The notes under the pieces: model-generated
Told to the model about the DNA's origin: nothing
The model's database searches: none
Seen by the model: the letters and a program-made list of their open reading frames with translations, nothing else
Position numbers and translations under genes: made by a program
Shown: positions 12,848 to 27,183 of the stretch, piece by piece
Layout: the number at the start of each line of letters is the position of its first letter
Numbering within the stretch: position 1 is the stretch's first letter
From: Macrostomum lignano
Lineage: Eukaryota
NCBI GenBank assembly: GCA_002269645.1
Contig: NIVC01001008.1
Span: 310,001-374,000, forward strand
Reading direction: 5' to 3'
DNA: 64,000 nucleotides

Positions 12848-13133
12848 ATGAGGATTGTGTCATAAGTTCGCGGACACAAAATAGAATGCAGTTAAAGCAA
12901 GCAGTGTCACTTAAACTAGGAGTGACACTTCCACATGTACATATAGTTGCTCTTCAGCAGCACACACTTGAACTGCATCTTTCTGGCAGCTTGCTGATCC
13001 CGTCAGCAAAGACATCTGAGGGTTTCCTTTTTATCCACGGCTTGAAATCCCCGATTGCAATGCAGAGAACGCTCTTCAATGGCAGGGAAGCTGCCTGTCA
13101 TTTGTCAGCGAGCTTATGACACAAGCCATCGTA
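12848..13133 (-). mobile_element. Internally deleted mariner (MITE-like) remnant
   Basis: Inverted ends ttgtgtcataagttcgcggac (12855-) and gtcagcgagcttatgacacaa (-13124), with TA at 13132-13133. Minus frame reads WIKRKPSDVFADGISKLPERC, like a mariner transposase C-terminus. Confidence 0.6.
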
Positions 13134-14055
13134 TAGTATAATAATCGATTTAAGTAAAGCAAATATTGCTCACGGATATTAGAAAACCAACGATTCATGA
13201 GAGAAGCATTACATATTAGTTGTGCTTCCTGGCGCCAGGTTTTATTATTTTAGTAATATAATACTTTAATGTGGCAGATCTTTTTTTCTAATTTACTTTT
13301 CTGCAAAGCACCATCGTAAATGTTTTAGTTAATTTGCACAGTTTTATGCTTTTATTATCAGTATTAACGAAGCTATTCGGCTTGAAAACTACATAAAAGT
13401 ACAGCTTGCACTCAAACCTGCCGCTTTTCAGTTGCTGTCCTGAAGTGAAGCCTGACTGCCATCTGTTTAATCAGGATCGAATGCTTGCTGAACGGAATCG
13501 AACAAATTTTACTTAATCTTTTATCACCAGCTCGCTGTGTGTAGGGCATATAGCTGCAATACCATAACCATAACTTGCGCATCCATAACTCAGTACATAA
13601 CTCACAGTTTTCTTTAAATATTATATACAATATATTTTTTTTGGTTAATTCTACAACCTACCATATTGTTTTCCTTATGTTTTTTGTTGAATTCTTTTCT
13701 CTGATAGTCTTGGCCTTGTTGTACGCGAAATATTGTTTATTTTAATTTTTTCATTATATGATACTCGTACTTACGATTCTTTAAATGCGCGTTGTAACTG
13801 TTTTAATGGTTTAATAGCGAGTGTATTGGATTTTTATTTGTTTTATTTATTGTTTTACTGATTGACTATGCTACGCGTTCAAAATTGGTCACCAATTCAT
13901 TAGAATTTATGAAATTTATTACCGTTACAATCAGTTGATATTGATATTTGCTATCATATTATTGCAATTTTACACCCTTCATCGTGTCCTTGATAATTTT
14001 ATTATCGATAATCAATGTAATAGTGTTTCGGCTTTCACTTCCAATTCTAACAGCC

Positions 14056-15108
14056 TGCCCTGGCTATATGAGCAGTGCCCTGGCTATATGAGCAGTGCCC
14101 TGGCTATATGAACAGTGCCCTGGCTATATGAGCAGTGCCCTGGCTATATGAGCAGTGCCCTGGCTATATGAACAGTGCCCTGGCTATATGAGCAGTGCCC
14201 TGGCTATATGAGCAGTGCCCTGGCTATATGAACAGTGCCCTGGCTATATGAGCAGTGCCCTGGCTATATGAGCAGTGCCCTGGCTATATGAACAGTGCCC
14301 TGGCTATATGAGCAGTGCCCTGGCTATATGAGCAGTGCCCTGGCTATATGAGCAGTGCCCTGGCTATATGAGCAGTGCCCTGGCTATATGAACAGTGCCC
14401 TGGCTATATGAGCAGTGCCCTGGCTATATGAGCAGTGCCCTGGCTATATGAGCAGTGCCCTGGCTATATGAACAGTGCCCTGGCTATATGAGCAGTGCCC
14501 TGGCTATATGAGCAGTGCCCTGGCTATATGAGCAGTGCCCTGGCTATATGAGCAGTGCCCTGGCTATATGAGCAGTGCCCTGGCTATATGAGCAGTGCCC
14601 TGGCTATATGAGCAGTGCCCTGGCTATATGAGCAGTGCCCTGGCTATATGAGCAGTGCCCTGGCTATATGAGCAGTGCCCTGGCTATATGAGCAGTGCCC
14701 TGGCTATATGAGCAGTGCCCTGGCTATATGAGCAGTGCCCTGGCTATATGAGCAGTGCCCTGGCTATATGAGCAGTGCCCTGGCTATATGAGCAGTGCCC
14801 TGGCTATATGAGCAGTGCCCTGGCTATATGAGCAGTGCCCTGGCTATATGAGCAGTGCCCTGGCTATATGAGCAGTGCCCTGGCTATATGAGCAGTGCCC
14901 TGGCTATATGAGCAGTGCCCTGGCTATATGAGCAGTGCCCTGGCTATATGAGCAGTGCCCTGGCTATATGAGCAGTGCCCTGGCTATATGAGCAGTGCCC
15001 TGGCTATATGAGCAGTGCCCTGGCTATATGAGCAGTGCCCTGGCTATATGAGCAGTGCCCTGGCTATATGAGCAGTGCCCTGGCTATATGAGCAGTGCCC
15101 TGGCTATA
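14056..15108. repeat. 20-bp minisatellite, ~52 near-perfect copies
   Basis: Unit gccctggctatatgagcagt. Confidence 0.99.
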
Positions 15109-16341
15109 TCAAGCACTTTATTAAGACGGGGTGAGAGTTCACTGCGCTCGACTGCTCTGTTAAACTCTCACTCTCTTTCAGACCTGCGGATTGAATCGCT
15201 ATTACAGCTAAGACTCCCTTGTATCCAATAGTTTTCTCCCAATTCCCAAAAAGGAAACGGGGAGTAGGCAAGTGGGGGTAATAAATAATTAATCGCTTAC
15301 CCGCGTAATCCACTCAGCCGAATAAAAGCTGGTCAGCGGCTGCACTTTCTGCTGCATAAAGCTATATAAGAAAAGCTGCAACGAAGAAAGACCCCTTTCA
15401 ATTTTACTGTGTATTTGCAATCCACAATATGCTACTCAGTTATAATTCTCAGCTAGTAGGCTCGTGCGAATATTATATATTCCTTTTTGTAAGGTTGACA
15501 ACAATTGCTCCTTGTGATTCTCTTTTTATCATACACAAACGGCGATGCTTAAGAATTCTTTTTCTTCGTTATTTTAACTCATTCGTGTATTTTTGTTTTA
15601 ATTTGCTTTTAATTCCTATGTTAATTATAACTGTTTAAATCCTTTATTTTAACATTCGACTAAATTTATCTTTAACACAGCGATATATGATTCTATAGTC
15701 CCTAGTCCAGCCATTTTTACCTCTGCTGCAGTCGGTATTTTGTTTTAACTGTTTCGTTTATCGTCCAGTTAAAACAGTTTAGAACATTTCCTGTGTTTTT
15801 CTTTTTGCCTTTATTGCACTTAGCACACGAAATATATTAATGATTATTACAGTGTAGTTTTAATTTGTATACACGTAAAAATTCTTCTGAAAGCAGTTTT
15901 TTTCAAATTGAGTCTTTTCTCACTTTTAACAGATTGAGAACAGCTACTGCACCTACAGGCACATTCTATTGTGTACATGCATAGCGTACTGTACTCGTAC
16001 ATGTACGTGTACTGAATGATTGGCTCGTGATCATACACACGGGGTTTGCGTAACCATGTGAAAAATTATATTTGCAGGAGGGCTGTGAGAGCACACTGGC
16101 TCTCATCGCCTTTGGCAACATCGTACGTCCCACCGCAAGCGCTAACGGCAATTCTACCCATTTCGCTGTCTCTTGAGCACAAACACCTGTATAAGCACGC
16201 TATGCCAATGCTGTACACAGGACACGCACTCATACGCTCACAGAAGGAGGTGTACAGCGGCCCTGAATTTCTAATCATCAGGCATGTACACCCCCAGGTG
16301 AACCCCCAGGTCAAATTTTCGTGCTCAAGCCCCAAATGAAT

Positions 16342-16414
16342 GCGACCGCGCACGGAATCGAACCAGCAGGGGTCGTGACGTGAAAGTCAACGGCGTCTAC
16401 CAATGCGAGCTATA
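16342..16414 (-). mobile_element. tRNA-like Pol III head (probable second SINE family or tRNA pseudogene)
   Basis: Minus strand has A-box-like TAGCTCGCATTGG and a perfect B-box GGTTCGATTCC. Stems are imperfect, so it is not called as a functional tRNA. Confidence 0.5.
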
Positions 16415-18959
16415 TGTACACATGCAGGCCTCTTGCACCAACATATGAATTGCTGACCTACAGACGATCAAACGGTATCTTCTAGCGTGGTCCGTGCTCT
16501 CTTTTTCCTCCCCACACGTCCCACTGTGTGTACGAACGTAGCTTGAAATTTTCAATGTAGATGTATAGAGAGACAAGGTTCCTTAATTGCTTAGGCTCCA
16601 CTATACACATCCAGTCACAGCATCAAAATATAACTTTGTCAGTAGGCCTTACTAAAATGAAGGCAACGTCGTCTCGAGGCGCGATTCAGGACGAACGTAC
16701 AGTAACACCGCCGTCGACCTACAATAGTTTGGGGCGCCAGGGTCAGCCAACAGGCAGTGTAGACGATACTACGCCGAGCGTCAGCAGTACGACTCGGCAC
16801 AGATAGTGATGTGGCCTGCCAGCTGGAGTCGCCGACGGTGCAACAGCTAGTATACATGTAGGTCGCTTGGACCAGCTGGCGTGGGAAATAGTGTGCTATA
16901 ATTACTTATCGCCGATCTTGAAGACAACTTGCAGCAGGCTGCTGTACATAGCTTTCGCCAGGTTAACTTGCTGCTCGAGTGAGTACATTCAGCGTTCAGC
17001 TCCCGGGAGTTTTTAAAATCAAGACGCTCTGAAATAAAGCTAATAGCTGCCTTAATCTGGAGGGCATGAAACTGCAGGACACAGCCCTCACAGATTGGAA
17101 GGCGGCTCGTGTGATGACGCCGCAGATCCAGACTGCGGATCCAGAACCAGAAAGCCGATGTATATAGACGAACTATACCAGCTGACACATACGGGGCCGG
17201 AAGTATGGTTTCTCGGCAATAGACTACTGATCAGTTTTTAAATTCAGTCGGTTAATTCTTCCAGGGCCATATGCTTCATTTTCGACTAAACGTAAATAGC
17301 TTCAGGGCGGTGCCACAAGCTTCATGCTTTAGTTTACATTCTATCACTAAGTTGAACTCCTTGTGCTATGACCCTATGTATTTTCTCACATCCACTTTTT
17401 ATCTAATACACATTATATTTGCATTCTTATTCTTTAACGCTAATGTTTATCATTCCGTTTCGAGCAGGAGGCGCTGACGGACAGGAACTAAAAGGACCAC
17501 TAGCAGCAGTACCCCCGGTATACGAGCTAAAATGATGTTTCCGAACTCCGCAGTCTATTTCTTGACGGAAATTGGCCTCCAAAAAATTCACGATCTCTAA
17601 GTCTGTATATATAGCGTCTACGAGCTGATATCCTGTATATGATGGGTTCGGCCTTTTTAAGCCTATAGCTTCGGGCCTCAGAATTCAGAAATGAATCACT
17701 TAGAACTCTGGCCTCTCACTCCTGTCAGATGGTCAGCCCCATGGTAGCTAGATTGTGGGCGAGCAGCAAGGTCCTATAGCTAAGAGAAGACAGCGAGACA
17801 AGCAGGGAGAATTTGAAAGGTAGAGATTAGCTAATCCGCAGATTAACTAACCCGCTGCCACCAGTCCGTGCGCCCCGGCTCACCATACCGGAGCTATCGA
17901 AATCGGACTTCCGACTAGAGGGGCACTGCACTTACCTGCCATCTAGTGTCTTTTAGCTGTCTAAATCTCGAAATCATAGCCGAATAGAAGGGACGCTGCT
18001 GGGACTAAGATCGCATTGGCCATGCAGGGACAGAGAGGACTTCTGCAGGGGGTTCTTGCGCTGGCGAGCCTCTATACACTACTAAAAGTACTATTTCTTT
18101 ACCAAATTCCCAGACGTACATGTATAAGTACACGTAACTGCACGCTTTTGGCACTAAATGTGTTAACACGTCGACAGATAGCGATGATGTGGATGTATTG
18201 TTACTTTTGGAGACCTTCTGACTAATATTTATCTCGTTTTAGCCGCTTAGCTGCCTGAGACCGCGCGAAAGCGCCAGTCTGGCGCTTAATTCGCATGCTT
18301 ATCAAGATTTCTGAGAACGACTGATTAACTGGGAACTGCGCCGCTTCCGGTCCACTGTGACCTCTGCCCCTAGATCTAGCCACTCATCCGAGCTGGCATT
18401 GCGCAAAAGAAAGAAAACATTAAGCCTTTAACTTCCAGATTTAACTTTCTCACTTAATCCGCAATCCTAGACGCTTTAGATTGAGTTAGAGCGAATGGCT
18501 ACTTTTCATATTGACTGACACTTCTGCCTCGAGTTTGGCACACAAAAGCAAGCAAAAGTGCAAATCCTATCAGACTACATAGGAAGGGGTCAGACAAAGG
18601 GCGCACCCAGTTAAGCAGGTCAAGAAAGCCTCTCACCAAACCAATCAGAGGACCTATCTGCCGGTAGCCAAGGAATCCACAGAGACCGCAGCGCTCGGAT
18701 GGGATGCTGCTGCTGATCTTAACTGACGAGTGCCGCCGGTACTCTTCACCTGCCGGTTGTCGTTGCTGCTCTTAGATCACTGCCGGGGAAATATCGATGA
18801 TGCTTCTCAGGGGGAACTTAGCTGCTGAAGCCGAAACTGCCGGGGGAAGGGGGACCAGACGTCGAAGACGCAGCAGATGCCGAAGGGGGCGTCTAAGACG
18901 GGGTTAGGACCGTGCAAGAAGGGAGGTCCAAGCAGGCCTTTTCGAGCGCGGGTCGAGTT

Positions 18960-19105
18960 GCCGCCTTTTATAGCTCTATAAAAGCTCTATAAAAGCTTTA
19001 TAACGCGCGCCGAATTTTCTGATTGGCTGAGAGCTTTTGTTAAAATAGGCGCCGAATTTTCTGATTGGTCGAGCCGGGGGCAGTCAGGTCGACTCTGATT
19101 GGCTG
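18960..19105 (-). promoter_or_regulatory. Pol II promoter-like module: three CCAAT boxes plus TATA cluster
   Basis: RRCCAATCAG on the minus strand at 19022-26, 19064-68 and 19098-102; CTATAAAA on minus at 18966-73, plus two on the + strand. Direct repeat gccgaattttctgattgg occurs twice. Confidence 0.55.
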
Positions 19106-22100
19106 AGCTCAAGACCCCAAAACCCACCCCACCAGGTGGCCTTCAGACCCCAGGGAAGATTAAAAGAGAAAGTAACAGAGCTAGTGGGGAGAAAGCTGGA
19201 AAGACCTCTGACCCAGACAGGCTGGAGCCAAAGTGACAGCTAGACCGCTATAAATCACTGAAAACAGTGAAAAAAACCGCAAATCTGGGGATCAGAATGG
19301 GGTTGAAACCATTCCTCCCAGACTTAGTGTCGCCCGTCTAGACTGCTAGAGGTCAATCCGTCTCAAACCCAGACAGTCTGACCTTCAAAGATGCGTAAAC
19401 AATCCAAAATTAGAATCCTAAGAGAAGTACATTGAGTATTTATCATTATTAATAGTGATGGCATAAATTAGTGTAGAACTTAGCCTGGATGAGAGAATGG
19501 AGAGAGATTCCTAAGCTAGCCTACTGACAGTATGGGAAAAGCGCATCGAAGCGAAATGGGCGGTTTTAAGATTGCAAAAAGATGCGTCCTAATCATATAT
19601 CGTGGTCCTTTTTTGCTATATAGCTAGAAACGAGACAATTCCGATCACGCGGCGGCCAGATCGTGTTAAAAACTAAAAATTGGATATTACGATAATTGCA
19701 CTGCAAGCAAGCAAGCAAACAGTTTATGTATAGTTGGTTTTAAAGGTCTTAATTATTATCTCCTCAGGTTCGAACTGCATGCGCATGCATATGCCAAAAG
19801 ACGTCCCCCACTTGTATATACAGTGGTCCTTGCATTTGCCGCTTGGTAGATGGAAAATGACAGCAGAGCAGCCTCAACTTCTATCTAAGTCATTAAAATT
19901 ACATGGATAGGACCTAACCGTATTTTAAATGTGTTGTAAGATGTGAAATTATTTTTACCATTTATTTTTATAAACACATGTGTCTCGCGTATGCAGTATC
20001 AAATCCGTATTTCAAGATAAAAACAAATACAATATGCTCAAATTATACAGAAACGTCATATAATTTGCAAGAGAGAAAAGAGAGCTCTTTGTAATAAATT
20101 AAAATATTTTTAGAATAAAGAATAGCTATAAAAGTTGAGTATTCACGGACAACTTGATATTTTAAAGCACCGAAATTTAGGGCCGTTAAAGCATTACATA
20201 TGATCGACGATCCCGGCCCGAACCTTCCGTGTTCGAGTATATGCCTTTGAATATGGCTGCATGTATCTGGGCACTTGTGTACCTGCTCAGGTGTATTGGT
20301 GGAAAGTAGTTAATGTTGGTTGTGTGGCAATAATAGGGTGCAAACACAGCCCTTGTCTCTCTCTAAAAATAATTTCGATTTCGGGCACTAATTATTGCTC
20401 TTGTTTAAGAATGAATTGCTCTAATAATATTTAAGTTAATTTTATGTATATAATCAAATTAGTCAATCTATCTTATTGAACCTATGCCTAATTAACCTAA
20501 TCTAAATATAGAAATAAATACTCATTTGTATTTGTACTAGTCTAGGCCTACCAGTCCATATGTCATATGAATAGTTAATTTGAAGACAATTTATTAATCA
20601 ATATCAATATAAAATGATATAGCCTATTGTATGTCTATTAGTATTTTTTATATTTCTTATGTTTGTAAATTTTTTATTGTCTTGTATTTTTGAAAGTGCC
20701 TCAACTTCAAGGTTTGGGTTATTGTTAAGTTATACTCTAAGTTTTGTTTGATCAATGACAATGATTACTCTTAAACATTTTTTTATATTATTAATTTTTT
20801 ATACATGTGCAACCTTAGGTAAGGAATCACCTGGCCATTTCTATTGGCAAAATAAACATTAAGTTGCTAGGCCTATTGGCTAAGAGTAGACACATGACAA
20901 TGACTATTATTTTGTCCAATAACAACTTACATGTGTAATGCCAATAAAAATGTCTAGGCGAATCCTTAGGTTCCACCTAACCTAAGCATAAATTTTTATT
21001 GGCTTATCAGTGTAACTTAATAATCAAGAGTTAGAAATTTTTGGCATACTGTGGTATAGGCCTATACCTAAACTTTTGCCTATAAAACTTAAGTACTTTA
21101 TAGGCCTATATTTGACATTTTCAATCTTGGAACTTGGACACTTTCAGTCTTGGAACTTAATTATCTAGCCTAGTGATGGACCAAATGTAGATTTTTGCAA
21201 AGTTCTGAAACCAAATCCAAATGTACAAAAAATTCTAAATCTAAATATGAGTATCCGAGTATGTTTTAAATATTTAGACAAAAAGTAAAAGGTAAATGGC
21301 AGGAATAACTATGACACCTTTCAATGACAAAAATGTCTCATCATTTAATTAGTTATTGTATTAGTGCTATACATGAATTTTTATGTTACTGCAAAAACAG
21401 ACATTTTTTTTAATTTTTCAAAAGTTGTACTTCTTTTACACTTGTATACTTTTGTTTGTTTTTTTCATATTCAGAAACATATTTGGAAATTTGGGAAATA
21501 GAATTTCCAAAACAGTCAGATTTCTAAAAAAGTGAGACTTTTTTGGATTCAGATTCTAAATCTAAATATTTGGATCCATCACTAATATGGCCTCTAGCAT
21601 CTATTGCTAGATTGTCTTGTTGCCAGATTGACTAGAAGCCATTAAAATGAATTTGTACATAGCTGTATAAAGAGGCCAAGTAAAGTTTTTAATTTTATAC
21701 TAAATTTGATATCTTTTATTTGGTACTTAATAGTTTAACTTTTAATATTTTAAAAAAATACTAGAGAATATTTGAAAATATAATTTACTTAATAAGTTTT
21801 TTAGCCTTACCTTGAGTTAATTTTAATGCCTTTCTGGGACCTTTTTTGGAATATAGGATTATAAAAAAATGGGTATGCAGAAATTTTCTTACTGCATAAA
21901 TAAATTTTTGGGCTTAGTGGAAATTCTGCTTGCCTCCCATCTACACTTATAAGGAGAACTGTTTTTGCTTTGCTTATCTATAAGAATATATATTTACAAA
22001 TTTTACTAATTGACAATTAACAATTTATCTATTAAAATCCATCAATCTTTCCATTGAATCTGTTATAGTAATAAGTATTCATCATTAAACTGAATAGAAA

Positions 22101-22806
22101 TGAATTTCTAGGAAAATAATTAAATGTGCAAAAGTAAAAGATCATTGCCTATGCTAATTACCTGTAAGTGTTATTATAATACGCTTAGAATTTAATTCTT
22201 ATATTTATATATTCTTAAGGATTTCTTAAATTAAGTCTTTAACAATCTAATTATATATTTAAAATGGTTTTATAGTAAATGTATAAAATTTTAATTTATT
22301 TAAAGGCCTTAAGAGTTTTATTAAATTTTTTTTTATAAGTTTCAATTTTTTAGTAACGACATTTTGGCAAATGTCACTTGAGTAAAATCATTGTTAATCA
22401 ACATTTTGTTAAAAATTTGGCTACTTGATTGGTTTTTCAACTTTAGATTTGTTTTTTAATCTATATTAATTTGAAGCTTATTAGTATTTATAATAGTTTT
22501 GTTTAATTTTTTGGTATTTAAAGATACATAAATGTAATTTGGCAATACCATAGGCATAGTTGTTGTTTTTGAAGGCATATTTAAAGTAACTGCAATGCTG
22601 TACATACATATTTTGCCATAGTAATTACCATAAGCCATATTAATAATATTCTAAAATCATATAATAAATAGTTTAGCTTTTGACTATGCCTATTGCAGGA
22701 TTTACTACTATGGCCAAACACTAGGACACCAGGAATTAAGTTTTATGCTTCAATTTCTGAGGCTCAAAGTAATTCAATCTCTCGCTGTAAAACTATTCCT
22801 ACTGCC

Positions 22807-23358
22807 ATGGACAACTTTGACACCGCGGAATCAATGCACCGGCTTGACCAGCGCCTGCAGATATCCGAGCGGGCCCTGCTGGAGGCTCGCAGACGACGCG
22901 GCGATCTGGAGTATTTCCTATCTGAAATGGTCCGGCAAGCCACCGATGCTGAGCAGCGCACTGAGCAGGCCAGAGAGCAGCTTGCTTCCCTGGAGCACCG
23001 TCAAGAGGTTCAACGCCGCGAGTTGCAGCACTGGGAGCGCCTGGCCGCTGAGGCACAGCAAACGGCAACTGAGGCCACCGAGGAGCTGTCCAAGCTGCTG
23101 AATGTTGGCCGGGCCACTCGCAATCGGTTGAACGATTCCGCTTGCGGCTTTGTTGATCGCCTGTTCGCCTCGCTGCCCTGGTCGCCGCCGTCTCCGGAGT
23201 CGACTGTGCCGCCGCCGTCGCTGAGCGAAGACCTGGCCAAGGCTGCCGCTGAAAGCGACGCCCAGATGGAGTTGGCCGCTGATAAAATTAATCGGATCGC
23301 TAGCCAACTGCCTAGCGTGGTAGCTGGCCAGCAGCCACAGCTGGAGAATGAGATGTGA
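22807..23358 (+). CDS. Intronless coiled-coil protein of unknown function (183 aa)
   Basis: GC-rich ORF after an AT-rich block; good Kozak context gccATGg at 22807; Glu/Gln/Arg/Ala heptad-like helix followed by a Pro/Ser segment. Confidence 0.65.
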   Translation: MDNFDTAESMHRLDQRLQISERALLEARRRRGDLEYFLSEMVRQATDAEQRTEQAREQLASLEHRQEVQRRELQHWERLAAEAQQTATEATEELSKLLNVGRATRNRLNDSACGFVDRLFASLPWSPPSPESTVPPPSLSEDLAKAAAESDAQMELAADKINRIASQLPSVVAGQQPQLENEM

Positions 23359-23624
23359 AGATGGTGGAGTTTCTTTTTTGACGCTACTTCCTGTTTACCA
23401 ACCTCACCGTCTGTTCTACTTTTCCTGTTATTTAATAAGTTTCCATGCATTTTCCTTCAGGTTTCTACAAGTTAAGCTAGTTCGTTCTTAAGCTATCTGC
23501 CTTTAACTTTTGTTTTTTTCGTCTTCCGTGTCTAAGAAAAAATAAACTGTTTTGGCATTTTGTGTGTGTTTTTTTATTAACAGTTCTTTTTTTGCGTTTG
23601 TGTATTTCACAGTCGTCTAAACTG

Positions 23625-24205
23625 GAGTGAATGGGGTGAAGGCCAGCTGCACCCAGTGAGTGAATAGGGTGAAGGCCAGCTGCACCCAGTGAGTGAATGG
23701 GGTGAGGGCCAGCTGCACCCAGTGAGTGAATGGGGTGAGGGCCAGCTGCACCCAGTGAGTGAATGGGGTGAGGGCAGCTGCACCTAGTGAGTGAATGGGG
23801 TGAAGGCCAGCTGCACCCAGTGAGTGAATGGGGTGAGGGCCAGCTGCACCCAGTGAGTGAATGGGGTGAAGGCCAGCTGCACCCTGTGAGTGAATGGGGT
23901 GAGGGCCAGCTGCACCCAGTGAGTGAATGGGGTGAGGGCCAGCTGCACCCAGTGAGTGAATGGGGTGAGGGCCAGCAGGACCCAGTGAGTGAATGGGGTG
24001 AGGGCCAGCTGCACCAAGTGAGTGAATAGGGTGAGGCCAGCTGCACCCAGTGAGTGAATGGGGTGAAGGCTAGCTGCACCCAGTGAGTGAATAGGGTGAG
24101 GGTAGCTGCACCCAGTGAGTGAATAGGGTGAAGGCCAGTTGCACCCAGTGAGTGAATGGGATGAGGGCAGCTGCACCCAGTGAGTGAATAGGGTGAGGCC
24201 AGCAG
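23625..24205. repeat. 33-bp minisatellite, ~17 copies, each with a CA|GTGAGT donor-like motif
   Basis: Unit gtgagtgaatggggtgagggccagctgcaccca. Confidence 0.97.
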
Positions 24206-24272
24206 GACCCAATACAGCAGTGCAAACAGTTTTCGATGAAGGTTGCAAAACAGTGCAAATAGTTTTCGATGA

Positions 24273-24686
<414 letters not shown>

Positions 24687-25162
24687 GAGGCTTTGGCGAA
24701 TGCAGGATTTTTTAGCCCTTAAAAAGACTACTGGCAGTAGCAAGTGTTCTCCGGCTAGGAGTTAAGCTGTTTTTAGACCCTAAGAAACTTGTTTGTTGCT
24801 TTTCAGATTCATTAAAGCAGAGACGCCCACCTGAACAGAACCTAATAGTAACTTAATAGAATTTTCATCAATAATTTAAGTCCCAATAAGTAAACAAACC
24901 CGTATTCCTTTTAGATCATTTATTATCATTTTAACTATAACTTAGATGCCACCCCAGTAGTGTGAAGCGATTGTGTAACAGAGTTATTTGCCATTGTTTA
25001 AGCTATAGCAAATATATATGAAACATTTACACTGCAAGACCACGATCTAACTGTGTGCGTGTGTGGAATTATGTTTTGACTTTGTCATTTACTTCCTTAC
25101 ACCTTGTATTGACATATTTCATTGTTAGCTGTGGGATTATATTTTGTGAGAATCATCCGTGA

Positions 25163-25905
25163 GAATAAATCCCCTCAGGAATCGGCCATCAGAATAAATC
25201 CCCTCAGAAATCGGCCATCAGAATAAATCCCCTCAGGAATCGAGCATCAGAATAAATCCCCTCAGAAATCGAGCATCAGAATAAATCCCCTCAGGAATCG
25301 AGCATCAGAATAAATCCCCTCAGGAATCGGCCATCAGAATGAATCCCCTCAGGAATCGAGCATCAGAATAAATCCCCTCAGGAATCGGCCATCAGAATGA
25401 ATCCCCTCAGGAATCGGCCATCAGAATGAATCCCCTCAGGAATCGGCCATCAGAATGAATCCCCTCAGGAATCGGCCATCAGAATGAATCCCCTCAGGAA
25501 TCGGCCATCAGAATGAATCCCCTCAGGAATCGACCATCAGAATGAATCCCCTCAGGAATCCACCATCAGAATAAATCCCCTCAGGAATCGGCCATCAGAA
25601 TAAATCCCCTCAGGAATCGGCCATCAGAATAAATCCCCTCAGGAATCGGCCATCAGAATGAATCCCCTCAGGAATCGGCCATCAGAATAAATCCCCTCAG
25701 GAATCGGTCATCAGAATAAATCCCCTCAGGAATCGGCCATCAGAATAAATCCCCTCAGGAATCGGCCATCAGAATAAATCCCCTCAGGAATCTACCATCA
25801 GAATAAATCCCCTCAGGAATCGGCCATCAGAATAAATCCCCTCAGGAATCGGCCATCAGAATAAATCCCCTCAGGAATCTACCATCAGAATAAATCCCCT
25901 CAGGA
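25163..25905. repeat. 29-bp minisatellite between the ATP-c copies, ~25 copies
   Basis: Unit aaatcccctcaggaatcggccatcagaat. Confidence 0.98.
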
Positions 25906-25947
25906 AAAGTCGTTATGCAATTGCTCCTGCACAAGGAGGGAGTTTAG

Positions 25948-26355
<408 letters not shown>

Positions 26356-27183
26356 GAGGCTTTGGCGAATGGTCATTTATTAGCTTCGGTTGCCGATGTA
26401 GTAGCTCTACACAAGTTGGGTTTCAATAAACAGTACCGGTAGGACGTGTTGTTCGACTATGCAGCCTCTAGAATACGAGTATGGAAGCCCAGCTGTAGTT
26501 TAAGGTTCCATTCTAACCAACTATTTAACTAGACTTTAAAATTTAGTGTTCACATTTCTAGCCGTATGAAATTTAATTAAAATACTATAGTTTCTAATGC
26601 CAATCGCTTGAAAGGCTATTTTTCAATTGCTTTAAATGATCAGTAGATATTTAATAGCGCTAACTGACAAACTAAAACTAGACGTTTTTTTCAAAGTCTT
26701 CGCCCTTGTGCTAATTTAATTGCAAATGAAATAAAAATAAACTGTTTATGGTTTACTGATAATATTGATAATTAATAACTGATAATTAATCTAAGAAAAA
26801 AATATGACCTAATACTTTTTATCATTTTAATTATACTGGGGTACAACTCGTAAATCAATTGTGATGATCTGCTTCATGTGCTTCGGCAAATACTTCTACC
26901 TGCCGCAACGAAAAAATTCTGTTTTGATGAAGAATAGCCTCTTATGAAGAGCCTCTTAACAGAAATCAGGATAAAAGGTTCAAAAATAGTTCGGCGCTGA
27001 AATTGTGTTAGTCTATGGTGTCTGAGCGAAACGTAATCGCAAAAAGTATGCATCTTTCGCGCTTATCGTCTTAAGTTTAAAATACATTTTTAATTGACGA
27101 TCATTGTACATAGCTACTCATAATTTTTGTGTAAAGGTGTTTGTGAAGTCTAATTAGCTCGTAGCTAGTTAGTTGGAGTTATA

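Noticed and set aside
11395-15108. CRISPR-like regular arrays
   Set aside because: Head-to-tail units with no unique spacers, eukaryotic context and no cas genes.
16245-16295. Hammerhead ribozyme core (CTGATGA...GAAA on minus)
   Set aside because: No stem II, no NUH cleavage triplet (GCC) and stem III does not form; better explained as a simple hairpin.
16342-16414. Functional tRNA-Glu
   Set aside because: Acceptor, anticodon and T stems do not pair canonically.
16847-17188. 113-aa ORF with CEGC...FH as a PHD or LINE ORF1 remnant
   Set aside because: Too few metal ligands and no associated RT or endonuclease sequence.
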